From contig JAQUBA010000004.1 of assembly GCA_028686985.1 (NCBI GenBank), forward strand, positions 1 to 56,416: DNA of 56,416 nt, in the 5' to 3' direction. The stretch's first letter is position 1. Each line of letters opens with the position of its first letter. A program made the translations under genes and the position numbers. The DNA is from Candidatus Iainarchaeum sp. (GTDB lineage Archaea > Micrarchaeota > Micrarchaeia > Anstonellales > Bilamarchaeaceae). Below the pieces are notes generated by a model that saw only the letters and a program-made list of their open reading frames with translations, made no database searches and was not told where the DNA came from. This document shows positions 54,580 to 56,416 of the stretch, one piece after another.

Positions 54580-55256
54580 CGCTTCCCGGTGCCCTTCAGC
54601 CGTTCGTATTCCTCAACGTTCCCTATGTCCTGCCAATAGCCGGCAAGCGTATAGGTGTTGATGCATTTTCCGGAGGAGAGGAGGCGCGGGAACACGTTCC
54701 TTGCGAAGTCCTCCTTCTCTTTTATGTGGTTGAGGATTTCCGGCTCCAGGATATAGATGCCGGTGTTGATTTTGTGCATGAGCACGGGCTTCTCCTGGAA
54801 CTCCTCCACTTTTCCATCTTTCCCGGTCCTGACCACTCCGTACTCTATCTTGGTGTGGTGCTCCTTGACCGCTATTGTCGCGATGCAGCCCGATTTCCTG
54901 TGGGCGGCGAGCATTTCCTTCAGGTTTATGTTTGTGAGGTGGTCGCCCATGGTCACGAGGAAGGTTTCGGAGGGCTTCTTTGCGTGGAGCGTTGCGCCGG
55001 CGGTGCCCCTCTCCACTTCCTCCTCAACGTATGAGAGTTTCAGGCCGAACCTCTTCCCGTCCCCGAAATAGTCCTTTATGTCCTGGCGCATGTACCCGAC
55101 GAACAGCGTGATGTCGGTTATCCCGCCCGCCTTGAGGTGCTCCAGTATGTGCTGGAGAATCGGCTTTCCGCCTATGGGAAGCATCGGCTTCGGCATCCTG
55201 TTTGTGTACGGCCTGAGGCGGGTTCCCTTGCCCCCGCAAATCACGAATGCTTTCAT
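54576..55256 (-). CDS. Sugar-1-phosphate nucleotidylyltransferase
   Basis: 226 aa. MKAFVICGGKGTRLRPYTNRMPKPMLPIGGKPIL is the signature N-terminus. Confidence 0.85.
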   Translation of the reverse strand: MKAFVICGGKGTRLRPYTNRMPKPMLPIGGKPILQHILEHLKAGGITDITLFVGYMRQDIKDYFGDGKRFGLKLSYVEEEVERGTAGATLHAKKPSETFLVTMGDHLTNINLKEMLAAHRKSGCIATIAVKEHHTKIEYGVVRTGKDGKVEEFQEKPVLMHKINTGIYILEPEILNHIKEKEDFARNVFPRLLSSGKCINTYTLAGYWQDIGNVEEYERLKGTGKR

Positions 55257-55260
55257 AAGA

Positions 55261-55875
55261 TCACTTTATGTACAGGCCCATCACTGCGCCTGCTATGGCA
55301 CATATTATGTTGGTGGTGCCCTTCGTGCCCAGCCCTCTCTCCTCCAACACCCCGAACAGGCTGTCTATGACGCCTCCCGCGAAGCCGGCCAGGGTTATGA
55401 GGAGGGCGGCGGTCGGGGTGACACCGAAAAGGAAAATGGCGGAAATCCCGATGAGGGCTGCGCCGCACAGGGACATTATGAAGCCGAGTATGCTCACGGC
55501 GCCGGATGTCCCGGGCTTTACGCGCTTGAAGCCGTCCAGGGAAATGGGCTCGCCGGACAACACGCCCAATTCCGAAGCGAACTTGTCCGAGGTGACTGCC
55601 GCGACCGAGGCGACGTATGGCATCGGGCCTATTATGGGCGAGAGAACCGCGCATATCGCCGGGACCAATCCATTTGACAATACATTCTCCCAGCTCCGGT
55701 CGTGCTCGTAGATGCCCATCTCCTTTTTTTCATAGTAGCCGTATTTGGTCACGAAGAGGGCGAGCATCAGGAAGACCAGCATGATGGCGAGGTATTGGGC
55801 GCCGCCGAAAACGAACACGGATGTTCCGAAAAGGACTGCGAGCGCCAGCCCCGGCTTGTCCAGCATTGCGACCAT
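55261..55875 (-). CDS. DUF92/TMEM19-like integral membrane protein
   Basis: 204 aa and polytopic. VTSDKFASELG and GTSGAVS segments resemble DUF92 proteins. Confidence 0.5.
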   Translation of the reverse strand: MVAMLDKPGLALAVLFGTSVFVFGGAQYLAIMLVFLMLALFVTKYGYYEKKEMGIYEHDRSWENVLSNGLVPAICAVLSPIIGPMPYVASVAAVTSDKFASELGVLSGEPISLDGFKRVKPGTSGAVSILGFIMSLCGAALIGISAIFLFGVTPTAALLITLAGFAGGVIDSLFGVLEERGLGTKGTTNIICAIAGAVMGLYIK

Positions 55876-55876
55876 T

Positions 55877-56416
55877 TCATTCCACCTTTATGGTTGTCCC
55901 CTCTATTGAGAATCCCCTGTGTAGGAATTTCCCTGTTATATTTATAGAGGTTGCTGTGTGGCTGGAGATCCTGGAGGTCTTGTAGGTGGTTTTTCCGGCC
56001 AGGAATGCATATATGAGGAGCTGGTCGGCCAAACGGTGGTCAACATCCACGTCCCCCTCATCCCTTATGCCGTTGAAGCACTCCTCCCCCACCTTCTCTG
56101 AGGGCTTTCCCTTTTCTCCCATTACCTGGAAGCCGACGAAACCCCTGTAAGCGAGGATGGAATTGCCCTTGTCGTTGCATTTCTCCTCCCGCACATATAC
56201 CCTATTGATGTTGTTATGGACGAATATCTTCTTTTCCCGGACCGCGATGAGCATCGGGAGATTTGCTAAGGATATTATTGCCTGGGTTTGGGGGAATGAG
56301 ACTCTCGTCCAGTAGTCCGTCGGTTTTGGTTTTGATGGCTTCACCTTTAGGCGGATTTCGCCGCCTCCGCTGGGGTAATAGCCGGCTCGGAGCATTTCCG
56401 CCTCTACGGAGCAGCC
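55877..56416 (-). CDS. rtcA: RNA 3'-terminal phosphate cyclase, C-terminal part (gene runs off the window end)
   Basis: GGGEIRLKVKP and HRLADQLLIYAFLAG motifs. The reading frame stays open to the window edge. Confidence 0.75.
   Translation of the reverse strand, partial: GCSVEAEMLRAGYYPSGGGEIRLKVKPSKPKPTDYWTRVSFPQTQAIISLANLPMLIAVREKKIFVHNNINRVYVREEKCNDKGNSILAYRGFVGFQVMGEKGKPSEKVGEECFNGIRDEGDVDVDHRLADQLLIYAFLAGKTTYKTSRISSHTATSINITGKFLHRGFSIEGTTIKVE

Noticed and set aside
1-56416. A CRISPR array or other long tandem repeat arrays.
   Set aside because: No regularly spaced direct repeats are visible anywhere. The only exact repeat noted is the 51-nt pair at 8610/8793, along with the three short hairpin elements.

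Overview
This is a densely coding archaeal chromosomal window. The archaeal markers are GatD/GatE, aEF-1beta, Spt5+SecE, Pelota, Bud32, EndoQ, an archaeal-type initiator tRNA and an SRP RNA. GC is high by eye. Most genes are housekeeping: CDC48, uL11, FtsZ, FolD/GlyA, GlyRS, GMP synthase subunit B, class-II-like HMG-CoA reductase and a glycosylation cluster. First genes of transcription units carry TATA-like boxes about 20-30 nt upstream of the start codon (leaderless style). Internal genes use ATGA overlaps or GGTG(A) Shine-Dalgarno-like spacers. The ORF track also opens ORFs at GTG/TTG, so several listed starts are over-extended and I corrected them. Four tRNAs, an SRP RNA and two sub-60-aa genes (SecE and a zinc-ribbon protein) are absent from the ORF track. 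The stand-out region is about 20.4-41.0 kb. It starts with a polytopic-membrane tandem AAA+ ATPase, followed by a minus-strand trio: a GNAT-like protein, a triple zinc-ribbon protein and a C-terminally anchored secreted protein. From a palindromic TATA box shared with that trio runs a ~16-kb translationally coupled plus-strand operon. The operon encodes six mutually paralogous polytopic membrane proteins with variable Cys-rich ectodomain insertions, a ~1400-aa Cys-rich lipobox-bearing giant, a ~1190-aa bitopic giant with a Q-rich linker, and a terminal PadR-like regulator. I cannot assign the eight structural proteins to any family I know. There is no pilin-type signal, no secretion ATPase and no integrase. 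I propose it as a candidate novel cell-envelope apparatus. Novelty cannot be confirmed without database searches.
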